From NCBI GenBank assembly GCA_902570035.1, contig CACFWO010000006.1, forward strand, positions 33,056-97,055: a stretch of 64,000 bases of DNA, written 5' to 3'. Each line of letters opens with the position of its first letter. Positions within the stretch are counted from its first letter, which is position 1. Both the position numbers and the translations under genes were made by a program. The notes beneath the pieces were generated by a model. That model was not told the DNA's origin. It ran no database searches and saw nothing but the letters and a program-made list of their open reading frames with translations. Below are positions 30,801-39,806 of the stretch, one piece after another. This DNA is from an uncultured SAR86 cluster bacterium (GTDB taxonomy: Bacteria > Pseudomonadota > Gammaproteobacteria > Magnimaribacterales > AG-339-G14).

Positions 30801-32051
30801 ATGGATTTTAATGATACCGCTGAAGAAGCAAAATTTAGAAAAGAAGCCTCTGATTGGCTAAGTGCAAACGCAGAAAAGAAAGAGCATTCCCGTGACGTTT
30901 ACCGTCCCGCAGAAATGACTGGAGAAGGTGGTGAATCTAGCGCCCTTCAGGATGCTAAAGATTGGATGACCAAAAAATATGAAGCTGGATGGGCTTGTCT
31001 GCATTGGCCTAAAGAGTACGGAGGTAGAGATGCTACGGCAATCGAAAGAGTTATCTGGGCTCAAGAAGAGAGCAAGTATAAAGTTCCCGGGGGCTTCCAT
31101 GAAATTGGGCAAGGAATGGCTGGTCCTACCATGATGCTTTATGCAACCGAAGAGCAGAAAAAACAATACCTTCCGCCAATGGCAAAAGGTCAGGAAATTT
31201 GGTGTCAGCTTTTTAGTGAGCCAGGCGCAGGTTCAGACCTTGCTGGAATTAAGACCAAAGCTGAATTGGATGGTGATACTTGGACAATAAATGGTCAAAA
31301 AGTATGGACATCAGGTGCTCATTACAGTGATTATGCAATTCTTGTCACAAGAAGTGACTTCAATGCTCCTAAGCATAAAGGATTGACCTACTTCTTTTTA
31401 GATATGAAATCTCCTGGAATAGAAGTAAGACCTATAAGACAAATCACCGGAGGAGCTAACTTTAATGAAGTTTATTTCACTGATGTCAAAATTCCTGATT
31501 CACAAAGGTTAGGAGAAGTTGGAGATGGATGGAAAGTTGCTCTTACTACTCTAATGAACGAGAGATTAGCTGTTGGAGATGCGTCGGGTGTTGATTTTCA
31601 AGAGATTTTTGAATTGACTAAAGAAAGTGACTTTAACGGTGAGAATGCCATTAGTAACGGTGGAGTTCGAGAAAAACTAGCAGATTGGTACTGCGAGTAT
31701 GCTGGATTGAAATATACAAAAATGAGAAACATCTCTGCCCTTTCAAGAGGTGATACTCCTGGTCCAGATGCTTCTATAACTAAAATCGTTAGCGCGAATA
31801 AACTCCAAGATATAGCAAATTTTGGAATGGATCTCATGGATAACGCTTCTATCATCAAATCAGATGACAAAGATGATATCAGAGCTCTTTTTCAAGGCAG
31901 TCTACTTGGGGCTCCGTTAATTAGAATTGCAGGTGGTACAGATGAGATTCTCAGAAATATTATTGCTGAGCAAGTTCTAGGCATGCCTCAAGATGTAAGA
32001 GTTGATAAGACTGTACCATTCAATGAAATCCCGTCTGGTTCGAAAAACTAG
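30801..32051 (+). CDS. Acyl-CoA dehydrogenase, probable catalytic subunit of a heteromeric pair
   Basis: WPKEYGG, WCQLFSEPGAGSDLAG, NGQKVWTS, FNEVYF, LMNER, IAGGTDEI. Confidence 0.92.
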   Translation: MDFNDTAEEAKFRKEASDWLSANAEKKEHSRDVYRPAEMTGEGGESSALQDAKDWMTKKYEAGWACLHWPKEYGGRDATAIERVIWAQEESKYKVPGGFHEIGQGMAGPTMMLYATEEQKKQYLPPMAKGQEIWCQLFSEPGAGSDLAGIKTKAELDGDTWTINGQKVWTSGAHYSDYAILVTRSDFNAPKHKGLTYFFLDMKSPGIEVRPIRQITGGANFNEVYFTDVKIPDSQRLGEVGDGWKVALTTLMNERLAVGDASGVDFQEIFELTKESDFNGENAISNGGVREKLADWYCEYAGLKYTKMRNISALSRGDTPGPDASITKIVSANKLQDIANFGMDLMDNASIIKSDDKDDIRALFQGSLLGAPLIRIAGGTDEILRNIIAEQVLGMPQDVRVDKTVPFNEIPSGSKN

Positions 32052-32067
32052 ATGGTAATAGAGATAT

Positions 32068-32598
32068 TCAGCTCTTTGGATAAGAGCTGAATATTCTTTC
32101 GACTGCTTCGTCAATTACTCCCTGATCAGAAGAATAAGATTTTGGTAATCTTGTTGAACCATACCAAACAACCTCCTGAGAACTTGATTCTTTCACATAT
32201 ATAGCAAGCCTAAACTCTTTGGAAGGCACGTAATTGTAAAAAGTATCATTGTAAAAAGGATGCCTTCTATATTGAAAACCAAAAGATGCAGGTCGATATC
32301 TGTAATCATCCTTTGAACCGTAAGCAAAAGATATTTCAAGATCTGGATTTGCTTGATCTTCATCTAAAGAAAGGTTTTCTAATGACCCAAGAATGGACCT
32401 AGATATTCTAGTAAGTATTACTGGATTCTCTGAAATATCAGAGGTGTCTGAAAATGGCTCAGGCTTGATAAATCTAAAGGAATCATAAGAGCTAGGATCA
32501 AAACTCTCAAATTGATCTGAATACACAGGAACAGTCATTGAACAGCTAAGAATCATTAGAACAGTTATTAGAGCTAAAACTATTTTTTTATAAATCAT
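32068..32598 (-). CDS. DUF4136-like lipoprotein
   Basis: Lipobox ILSC; VWYG and IDEAVERIFSSYP C-terminus. Confidence 0.7.
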   Translation of the reverse strand: MIYKKIVLALITVLMILSCSMTVPVYSDQFESFDPSSYDSFRFIKPEPFSDTSDISENPVILTRISRSILGSLENLSLDEDQANPDLEISFAYGSKDDYRYRPASFGFQYRRHPFYNDTFYNYVPSKEFRLAIYVKESSSQEVVWYGSTRLPKSYSSDQGVIDEAVERIFSSYPKS

Positions 32599-32617
32599 AT
32601 GAGAATATTATCTTATT

Positions 32618-33241
32618 TCATGCTTTTTTAAATAAGTAATAAAAAGGATTTCTTAACTTATTCTTACAACTATAAAATTGCGATTTATATCTATTAGCAT
32701 TGTTTTGAACTGTCGTTGCAACATCAGTAAGCCAAGGTTTATTTCGATAGCTACCCTTTTTATAACCCCCTTGCCCCTCATGATAAGCAAGATACAGAAG
32801 CCTTGCATTATCTCTTGGGATTCCAATTTTTTTGTGACTTAAATTATTGTACCAAGCAATGAAATCAATAGAATCATCAAAATTCCTTCTGTAAGCGAAA
32901 GTTTTTTTAGCTTCTTTTTTATATCTTTCCCATGTTCCATCAAGGGCTTGGGCATACCCAAATGCAGAACTTTTTCTTTTCCATGGAATGAAGCCCAATA
33001 ATTTTGTTCTTTCGGGTCTTGCTCCCTGAATGTATGAAGATTCTTGCAAAATAAAAGCCATATTAACTTCAAGAGGAATTTTCCATCTCTTTGAAGATTT
33101 AATTGCAGCTTTATACCAAGACCGTTTTTCTAAGAATATTGAACATATATCGTTGGGTTTTTTTGGAGGAGAGACAGCACAAGAATTTAAAATAAGAATT
33201 AAAATAAAGCCAGATAACAAACTTGCTCTTTTAAAAATCAT
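32618..33241 (-). CDS. Transglycosylase SLT-like lipoprotein
   Basis: Lipobox LNSC; QESS catalytic Glu, SSAFGYAQA, LYLAYHEG. Confidence 0.85.
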   Translation of the reverse strand: MIFKRASLLSGFILILILNSCAVSPPKKPNDICSIFLEKRSWYKAAIKSSKRWKIPLEVNMAFILQESSYIQGARPERTKLLGFIPWKRKSSAFGYAQALDGTWERYKKEAKKTFAYRRNFDDSIDFIAWYNNLSHKKIGIPRDNARLLYLAYHEGQGGYKKGSYRNKPWLTDVATTVQNNANRYKSQFYSCKNKLRNPFYYLFKKA

Positions 33242-35231
33242 CTTCGGTAAGAATATCTATTTTAAGTTTTTGAGCCTTTTCTAATTTGCTGCCAGGATCC
33301 TCTCCTAAGACCAAATAGTTTGTTTTAGATGAAATAGACCCAGAAACCTTCCCTCCCTTTGACTCTATAATGCCTTTTAATTCATTTCGAGAAAATTTAG
33401 AAAATTTGCCGGTAATTACAAAACTCATCTCTTGGAATTCATTCGACGATGAAATATGCTCTTCATGAGAAATATTTACTCCTAAGTTCTGCATGGTTTT
33501 AATTTTCTTAATAACTTTCTTATCAGAAAAAAAGATGCTGATATTTTTTGCAACTACCTCTCCAATATCATTAATCTCAATGAGCCTGTCATGAGATGGG
33601 GAAAAAAGATTCTCAATTGATTTATATTCTGCAGCTAAGTTTTTTGATGTCACCTCACCAACTTCTTTTATTCCGAGCGCATAAATGAATCTACTCAAAG
33701 AGATATCCATACTGCGTTTAATAGAAGAAATTAATTTATTAGCAGATTTTTCTGCAAAACCCGGTAGGTGCTCTAAATTATTTTTATTAAGCCTAAAAAT
33801 ATCTTCATTTTGTTTTAATAGCCCTTTATCGATAAACAACTCGATATTTTTTGCCCCTAGACCATCGATATTAAAGGCAGCCTTAGAAACAAAATGATCC
33901 ATAGATTCTTGGAATTGATGTCTGGAAAAACAATTTGAATCAATTGCATCATCCATGCTAAAAATAATTTTTTCTTCGAAATAACTCACCTTTCGCTTAC
34001 AGCTCAGGCAAAATTCTGGAGATGAAACTTTTACTTTATTTGTTGATTTTTTTTCAATAACTTTTGTAATTTTAGGAATTACATCTCCAGCCCTTTTTAA
34101 ACTAATTATATCTCCTTCCTGAACCCCTAATCTCTCTATCTCATCAATATTATGCAAGGTGGCATTAGAAACTGTTACGCCTCCAACTTGAACTGGGTCT
34201 AATTTAGCAACAGGAGTTAATTTTCCTGTCCTTCCCATATTGAAAATTATTTTTTTTACCTTGGTAGTAACTTCTAAAGCCTTAAACTTTCTTGCTATCG
34301 CCCATTTTGGCGACCTTGCATTTAAGCCTACTTCTTCCTGAATTTTTAAGTCATCGATTTTGATGACCATGCCATCGATTTCATAATCCAAACTATCTCT
34401 TAGCAATGAAATCTCATTGAAATATGATTCGCAATCATTTATCGAGGCAAATTCTTTAACTAGATCATTGATAGGTAAGCCCCACTTTCTAAATTGTTGA
34501 ATCATAGATGAATGAGACTCAAAGTAAGATTCATCTGATATAAAACCTATGCCGTGGGCAATCATTTTTAGAGGTCTTCTAGCAACGATTTTAGAATCTA
34601 ATTGTCTTAAGCTTCCTGCTGCAGCGTTTCGAGGATTTGCGAATTTTTTTTCTGCAAGCTGCTTATTTAATTCATTAAAAGAGGAGAGTTCCATATAGAT
34701 TTCTCCCCTAACATCAAAGTCTTTGGGATCTTTAGCGGAAAAATTTTCAAGTTTTAGTGGAATCCCTTGGATAGTCTTTACGTTTTGAGTTACGTCTTCG
34801 CCAATGCTTCCGTCTCCTCTGGTTCCAGCAGAATGAAAAAAGCCATCCTTGTACCTTATTGAAATGGCAACGCCATCCATTTTTGGCTCACAAGAAAATT
34901 TCAGATTATTGAATTTTTCTTTCGGATTAACTCTTTTATTGAAATCAGTAAGCTCATTAATTGAAAAAGCATTATCCAAAGATAGCATTTTCTTTCTGTG
35001 AGAATATTTTTGAAATTGATCTAAAGGAGAGAAACCAATTCTTTTGGTGGGTGAATTCTCAGTATCCAGAAAATCATTATTTTTTTCAAAATCTATTAAT
35101 TCTTTGAATAAAGAATCGTATTTTTCATCGCTAACTTTTGAGATGTCATGTCGATGATATGATTCATTGAGCTCTAATATCCGATTTTTTAAATCTGTAT
35201 ATTTTTTTTGAATTTCCTCCTTGGAAACCAT
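33231..35231 (-). CDS. ligA: NAD-dependent DNA ligase
   Basis: MLSLDN, EPKMDG (KxDG), TRGDG, VRGE, NPRNAAAGSLRQLD, GRTG, BRCT domain. Confidence 0.97.
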   Translation of the reverse strand: MVSKEEIQKKYTDLKNRILELNESYHRHDISKVSDEKYDSLFKELIDFEKNNDFLDTENSPTKRIGFSPLDQFQKYSHRKKMLSLDNAFSINELTDFNKRVNPKEKFNNLKFSCEPKMDGVAISIRYKDGFFHSAGTRGDGSIGEDVTQNVKTIQGIPLKLENFSAKDPKDFDVRGEIYMELSSFNELNKQLAEKKFANPRNAAAGSLRQLDSKIVARRPLKMIAHGIGFISDESYFESHSSMIQQFRKWGLPINDLVKEFASINDCESYFNEISLLRDSLDYEIDGMVIKIDDLKIQEEVGLNARSPKWAIARKFKALEVTTKVKKIIFNMGRTGKLTPVAKLDPVQVGGVTVSNATLHNIDEIERLGVQEGDIISLKRAGDVIPKITKVIEKKSTNKVKVSSPEFCLSCKRKVSYFEEKIIFSMDDAIDSNCFSRHQFQESMDHFVSKAAFNIDGLGAKNIELFIDKGLLKQNEDIFRLNKNNLEHLPGFAEKSANKLISSIKRSMDISLSRFIYALGIKEVGEVTSKNLAAEYKSIENLFSPSHDRLIEINDIGEVVAKNISIFFSDKKVIKKIKTMQNLGVNISHEEHISSSNEFQEMSFVITGKFSKFSRNELKGIIESKGGKVSGSISSKTNYLVLGEDPGSKLEKAQKLKIDILTEDDF

Positions 35232-35863
35232 CAGGATAGCTTAATTTTTTTTAGATCTGTTTCCTCGGCCTGTTGCATATAATGATCATACATCTGCTTA
35301 GTCAGTTTATTTCTATCTGAATCGAGCACATTTGCAGATAAATAGGCTGCTAACTTATAAGACATCTCTGCCATACCCTGAAAAGCTTCAACACAATTAT
35401 TTTGCTCATCTGTAATGAGAATCATTGTAATGATGGAAGTCGAATCTATCCCCTCCTCAGGAAGAAATTTCCCTGGTTTCAATCCATTGACCAGCGAAAA
35501 ATTATTTGAATCATCTAAATATATCTTAAGCCAGCCACCTTCATCAGCTAGATTGATATCATTGTTATCAAAATAACTTAGAAGATCTTTATATTGAATA
35601 GTGTTATTTTGATCGGATTCTATATGCAAATAAATTAAGTTATCTGAGGGGGGTTCAGGTTCAGGCGGCATATCATCGTCTATGAAATCTTCTTCTGAGA
35701 AGTCTTCAAGTTCAACCTTTACTTCATTGCCATTAGCAACGGAACTCTTTTGTGATTTCCTATTTGGACTTTTTCTGTAATTTATTATTTTTCTAAAAGT
35801 CAGGATTATTGTTACGGCAAGAAAAAAGGAAATTAGGAGAACTAATATTTCTCTTAAATTCAT
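35231..35863 (-). CDS. zipA: Cell division protein ZipA (compact)
   Basis: N-terminal TM, acidic/Pro linker, C-terminal FSLVNGLKPGKF...VLDSDR; located between smc and ligA. Confidence 0.8.
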   Translation of the reverse strand: MNLREILVLLISFFLAVTIILTFRKIINYRKSPNRKSQKSSVANGNEVKVELEDFSEEDFIDDDMPPEPEPPSDNLIYLHIESDQNNTIQYKDLLSYFDNNDINLADEGGWLKIYLDDSNNFSLVNGLKPGKFLPEEGIDSTSIITMILITDEQNNCVEAFQGMAEMSYKLAAYLSANVLDSDRNKLTKQMYDHYMQQAEETDLKKIKLS

Positions 35864-38289
35864 TCGTTAACTGCAAGGCTTAAGGCTTCCTCTACATCCA
35901 CAGATACAAGTCTTGAGACCCCCGCCTCTTCCATAGTTATACCCATAAGATGTTTACTCTTCTCCATAGAAATTTTGTTGTGAGTAATGTAGATGAATTG
36001 AATCTTTTTAGACATTTCTTCAACCATGGAAATGTAACGGAAAGTATTTAAGTCATCTAATGGAGCATCAATTTCATCTAATATGCAAAATGGAGATGGA
36101 TTAAGAGAAAAGAAAGAGAATACCATTGCAATAGCGCTCATAGCTTTCTCTCCTCCAGAAAGTTGAGATACTGATACATTTTTTTTACCTGGCGGCATTG
36201 CTTTCAAAACCACTCCTGACTCCAAGACGTCTTCTCCGGTTAATTCCAGTTTTGCATGCCCTCCTCCAAAAAGTTTAGGAAATAATTTAGCAATTTCTGA
36301 ATTCACACTATCCAAGGTATCTTGGAATTTTGTTCTAGATTCTTGATCAATTTTTTTAATAGCGCTCTGAAGAGTTTCAATTGCTTTATTCAATTCGTTG
36401 AGTTGACTTTCTATTTCCTGATTTCGTTCTTCTTCAATCTTAAATTCTTCTTTTGCTACCAGATTAATTGGTCCAATTGATTCAATTTGTTTATTAAATC
36501 TTTCAATCTCATTTTCAATGAAAGCTAAATCAAATTCAGGTTCTAGTTTGTCTAGAACTGTTTGTAATTCTCCATATTCAGATTGAATCTGTTTTTGTAA
36601 TATTTCTGCTTCGGTTAGAAACTTTTGTTTTTCAACAACAGAAGAATTTGAGAGTGATTTTAATTCTTCGATCTTAACTTCTCCTATATTGAGATTTTTT
36701 TCTAACATTCTTATTTCTTCATTTGTTCTTTCAAAATTGTTTCTCAAAGCAGTTAATTCATTTTGATTTCCAGATCTTTTGTCTAAAAGGGGTTTAATTT
36801 CTTTTTTTATTTCATTTATGGGAATCATTAGTGACTCTCTGGATTCAGAGAGTTCTTTGGTCTTGCTTTGAAATGTTTCTATCTCTTTTTGTTTTGAATG
36901 AATAGCACCTTCTAGTTTGCTTATTTCTAGGTTTTTATTTGCAACTTCTTGGATAGCTTTTGTGTATTTCTCTCTCTTCTCATTTAAAGCTCCTTTCTCG
37001 GCATCGCTAATATTTTTAAATTCAGCCTTATATCTTGAAAGACCGCTTTGAATATTTGTTGAATCACTGAGAACCTCTCTGAGTTCATTGTCAAAATTAG
37101 CGCTTTCAGATAAATTTTTAATTTTTACAATCAGGTTTCCGATATCATTTAATAATTTATCCAAAAATTCTTCAGGTGAACTTGAAATCTGAAGTTTCTC
37201 AAAATCATTTTTGGCCTCTTCCAGAGCATTTGTTTCTTTTTCCAATGAAGTCCTGATTTGTTCAATTGCATTTTTTTCTGAGTTTATGTTTGAATTTAAA
37301 GCAATAATTTTTTGATTAATGGATTCTATTTCATTATTTGTTAAAACTACTTTCTCTTCTAAAGAAATTAACTCTTGCTCAGATTTTGATATCTCTGCTC
37401 CACTGCTGTAGAAAGATTCCTGCATTTTTTCAATTTGTAGAAGCAAGTTAGATTGATTATTTCTTGTTTCTTCTATTTGAGTATTTATTTTTTCTTTTTC
37501 AGAGATTTTCTTCTGTATCTCTATTTCCTGCCTTTTCTGATTAAGTTCCATTTCTTTTACTTTTTCTGAAGAAGCAAGCCAGTTTGATGCAAGTTTTAGG
37601 GATCTAAATTTTTTTAAATTTTGTTTAGCTAAATCATACTTTTCTGCTGATTTAATTTGTTGTTTGAGCTTTAAGAGGTTTCTATCAATTTCTTTTTTTA
37701 AATCATTGACACGATCCAAATTTTCCTTAGTCTTCTTGATTCTGCTTTCGGTTTCTTTTCTTCTCTCTTTATAAACTGATATCCCAGCAACTTCCTCAAT
37801 ATGTGAGCGTAATTCTTCTGGCTTTGAGCTAATCAGTTTTGTTGCCATTTCTTGCTCAATGACAGCATAACTTCTGGGACCAAGCCCAGTACCTAAGAAA
37901 ATATCGGTGATATCTTTTCTCCTGCAAGAAGAACCGTTTAAGTAGTAAGAAGATAAGCCCTCATGATCCACTTGTCTTTTCACAGAAATTTCAGAGTAGC
38001 TAGAATATTCCCCTCCGAGTCTGCCTGAAGAATTATCAAAAACTAATTCAACTGATGCTCTCGAGGAAGCCGGCCTTGCAACAGACCCGTTAAAAATAAC
38101 ATCTGACATGCTATCTCCTCTGAGATTTTTTGCTGAGCCTTCGCCTAGGACCCATCTGACCGCATCGATAATATTTGATTTACCACATCCGTTGGGACCA
38201 ACCACTGCTGACATATCTGAAGGGAAAGGTATTCTCGTGGGATCCACGAAAGACTTGAAGCCAGAAAGGCTGATGTGTTTAAGCCTCAT
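35860..38289 (-). CDS. smc: Chromosome segregation SMC protein (short, 809 aa)
   Basis: GFKSF, Walker A GPNGCGKSN, LRG..MSDVIF, Q-loop IEQ, IGPINL, LSGGEK, LDEIDAPLD, ITHN. Confidence 0.93.
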   Translation of the reverse strand: MRLKHISLSGFKSFVDPTRIPFPSDMSAVVGPNGCGKSNIIDAVRWVLGEGSAKNLRGDSMSDVIFNGSVARPASSRASVELVFDNSSGRLGGEYSSYSEISVKRQVDHEGLSSYYLNGSSCRRKDITDIFLGTGLGPRSYAVIEQEMATKLISSKPEELRSHIEEVAGISVYKERRKETESRIKKTKENLDRVNDLKKEIDRNLLKLKQQIKSAEKYDLAKQNLKKFRSLKLASNWLASSEKVKEMELNQKRQEIEIQKKISEKEKINTQIEETRNNQSNLLLQIEKMQESFYSSGAEISKSEQELISLEEKVVLTNNEIESINQKIIALNSNINSEKNAIEQIRTSLEKETNALEEAKNDFEKLQISSSPEEFLDKLLNDIGNLIVKIKNLSESANFDNELREVLSDSTNIQSGLSRYKAEFKNISDAEKGALNEKREKYTKAIQEVANKNLEISKLEGAIHSKQKEIETFQSKTKELSESRESLMIPINEIKKEIKPLLDKRSGNQNELTALRNNFERTNEEIRMLEKNLNIGEVKIEELKSLSNSSVVEKQKFLTEAEILQKQIQSEYGELQTVLDKLEPEFDLAFIENEIERFNKQIESIGPINLVAKEEFKIEEERNQEIESQLNELNKAIETLQSAIKKIDQESRTKFQDTLDSVNSEIAKLFPKLFGGGHAKLELTGEDVLESGVVLKAMPPGKKNVSVSQLSGGEKAMSAIAMVFSFFSLNPSPFCILDEIDAPLDDLNTFRYISMVEEMSKKIQFIYITHNKISMEKSKHLMGITMEEAGVSRLVSVDVEEALSLAVNE

Positions 38290-38348
38290 CTATTTAAAGA
38301 AAAGTTTCTATATTTTATCTAATTTATTGCTTTAATTGTATGTTTTAT

Positions 38349-38930
38349 TTAGTCTTCAAGGGATTTCAATTGTTTTAAGGCTTTGCTCATTCCCGCCATA
38401 ATTATTCTTTTTTGATCTGCATCATCTGAGTATTCGAATGCAATTGACCATGATTTAAGTGCATCCTTGTAATTTTCATCCAAGGTCTGTTTAAGACCGT
38501 TAAGAATTAAAGCTCTTACGTTGGCAGGATCTTTGAGTAAGGACTGTTCAATTAAACTTTCAATATCATCATTGAAAATTTGATTATTGGATAAATATTT
38601 AGTTTCTGCTGTTAAAGCAATTACTTCAGCATCAGTATCGTTAGGGAAGTTCAGAATGAAATGCTGAAGAGTCCCGTAGGCTAATGCATACTCAGATTTA
38701 TCAAATAAGTAGTTGGCTAAAAAGTAAACTTGAGCAGGATTGTTGCTAGAGAGATTGATAATGCTATTTATTTTATTTTTTTTCTCCTCAAAAGAGGCAT
38801 TGTCAATAAAATTTAGTTGTAAATCTCTCTGAAAATTTAGTTTTTGAAAATTTTCTTGGCCAAAAAGAAAAAAATAAATTACAGCAGAAAATACTAAAGA
38901 CAATCCAAAAATCTTATACTTTTTAATCAT
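38349..38930 (-). CDS. ccmI: CcmI/CycH-like TPR protein
   Basis: N-terminal TM, TPR-like helices (LLKDPANVRAL, ALKSW); last gene of the ccm cluster. Confidence 0.65.
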   Translation of the reverse strand: MIKKYKIFGLSLVFSAVIYFFLFGQENFQKLNFQRDLQLNFIDNASFEEKKNKINSIINLSSNNPAQVYFLANYLFDKSEYALAYGTLQHFILNFPNDTDAEVIALTAETKYLSNNQIFNDDIESLIEQSLLKDPANVRALILNGLKQTLDENYKDALKSWSIAFEYSDDADQKRIIMAGMSKALKQLKSLED

Positions 38931-39303
38931 TTTTTTTGAGAAAAATTCTTGCAGCAAATAATATTAATAAAAATAAAATCAATGGAAGAAGCCAAAGAAA
39001 AATATTGTTTTCAAAAGAAGGCTTATAGGTTACTTCTTCACCAAAAATATTTCTTAAGTTAGCTAAAATTTCTTCATCAGATTTTCCTAATAATATTTCC
39101 TTGTAAATTTTGTTTTTGATGTCAGATGCTATTGGAGCGTTTGATCCAGCAATACTAGATCCTTCACATAATGGACAACTAACCTCCTTTTGAAGGGAAT
39201 AAAATCTTTTTTCATCCGAATCATTTATGAAAGAAAAAGTCATAAATTCATCTTCACCATAGACTGACTGAGAAAAAAGCAGAATCAGTAAAAAAGTCTT
39301 CAT
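38923..39303 (-). CDS. ccmH: Cytochrome c biogenesis protein CcmH
   Basis: SCPLCEG, SNAPIA, C-terminal TM LWLLP. Confidence 0.9.
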   Translation of the reverse strand: MKTFLLILLFSQSVYGEDEFMTFSFINDSDEKRFYSLQKEVSCPLCEGSSIAGSNAPIASDIKNKIYKEILLGKSDEEILANLRNIFGEEVTYKPSFENNIFLWLLPLILFLLILFAARIFLKKND

Positions 39304-39806
39304 TTTTTAATCAAAGGAGCAAATTTATTTTTCCATACCTCTTTGTCTAGAACCCCAACGTGATGCATAACAATAGAATCTCCATTCTTAATTAAAAATG
39401 TCTCTGGAGCACCTGATACACCTAACAAAAATCCTACCTCTCCTTGATCATCAAATAGATTTTTTATATAAGGATCTCCAAATTGATCAAGCCATTTAAA
39501 AGCTTTTTCTTTATCGTCTTTGTAATTTATTCCAATGATAGATATTCCTTTTTTCTCTAACTCCATTAAGTATGAGTGCTCTAATCTACATCCCACGCAC
39601 CAAGTTGCCCAAATATTGAGCAGCGAAAGAGAATCATTTTTAAGTTGCTCACTTGTAAAAGAATCTCCGTTAAGTAGCTTTGACTCAAAAGGAGCTAAAC
39701 TCTTTTGATTAAACTCTTCAACATCAGAATTAAGAAATAATTGAAAAAATAAAAGCCCAAAAAGTGATATTGCTAAAAAGATCGTTAAAAGAGGATAAAT
39801 TTTCAT
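39300..39806 (-). CDS. ccmG: Thiol:disulfide interchange protein CcmG/DsbE
   Basis: NIWATWCVGC, GINYKD, GDPY, GVSGAPETF. Confidence 0.93.
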   Translation of the reverse strand: MKIYPLLTIFLAISLFGLLFFQLFLNSDVEEFNQKSLAPFESKLLNGDSFTSEQLKNDSLSLLNIWATWCVGCRLEHSYLMELEKKGISIIGINYKDDKEKAFKWLDQFGDPYIKNLFDDQGEVGFLLGVSGAPETFLIKNGDSIVMHHVGVLDKEVWKNKFAPLIKK

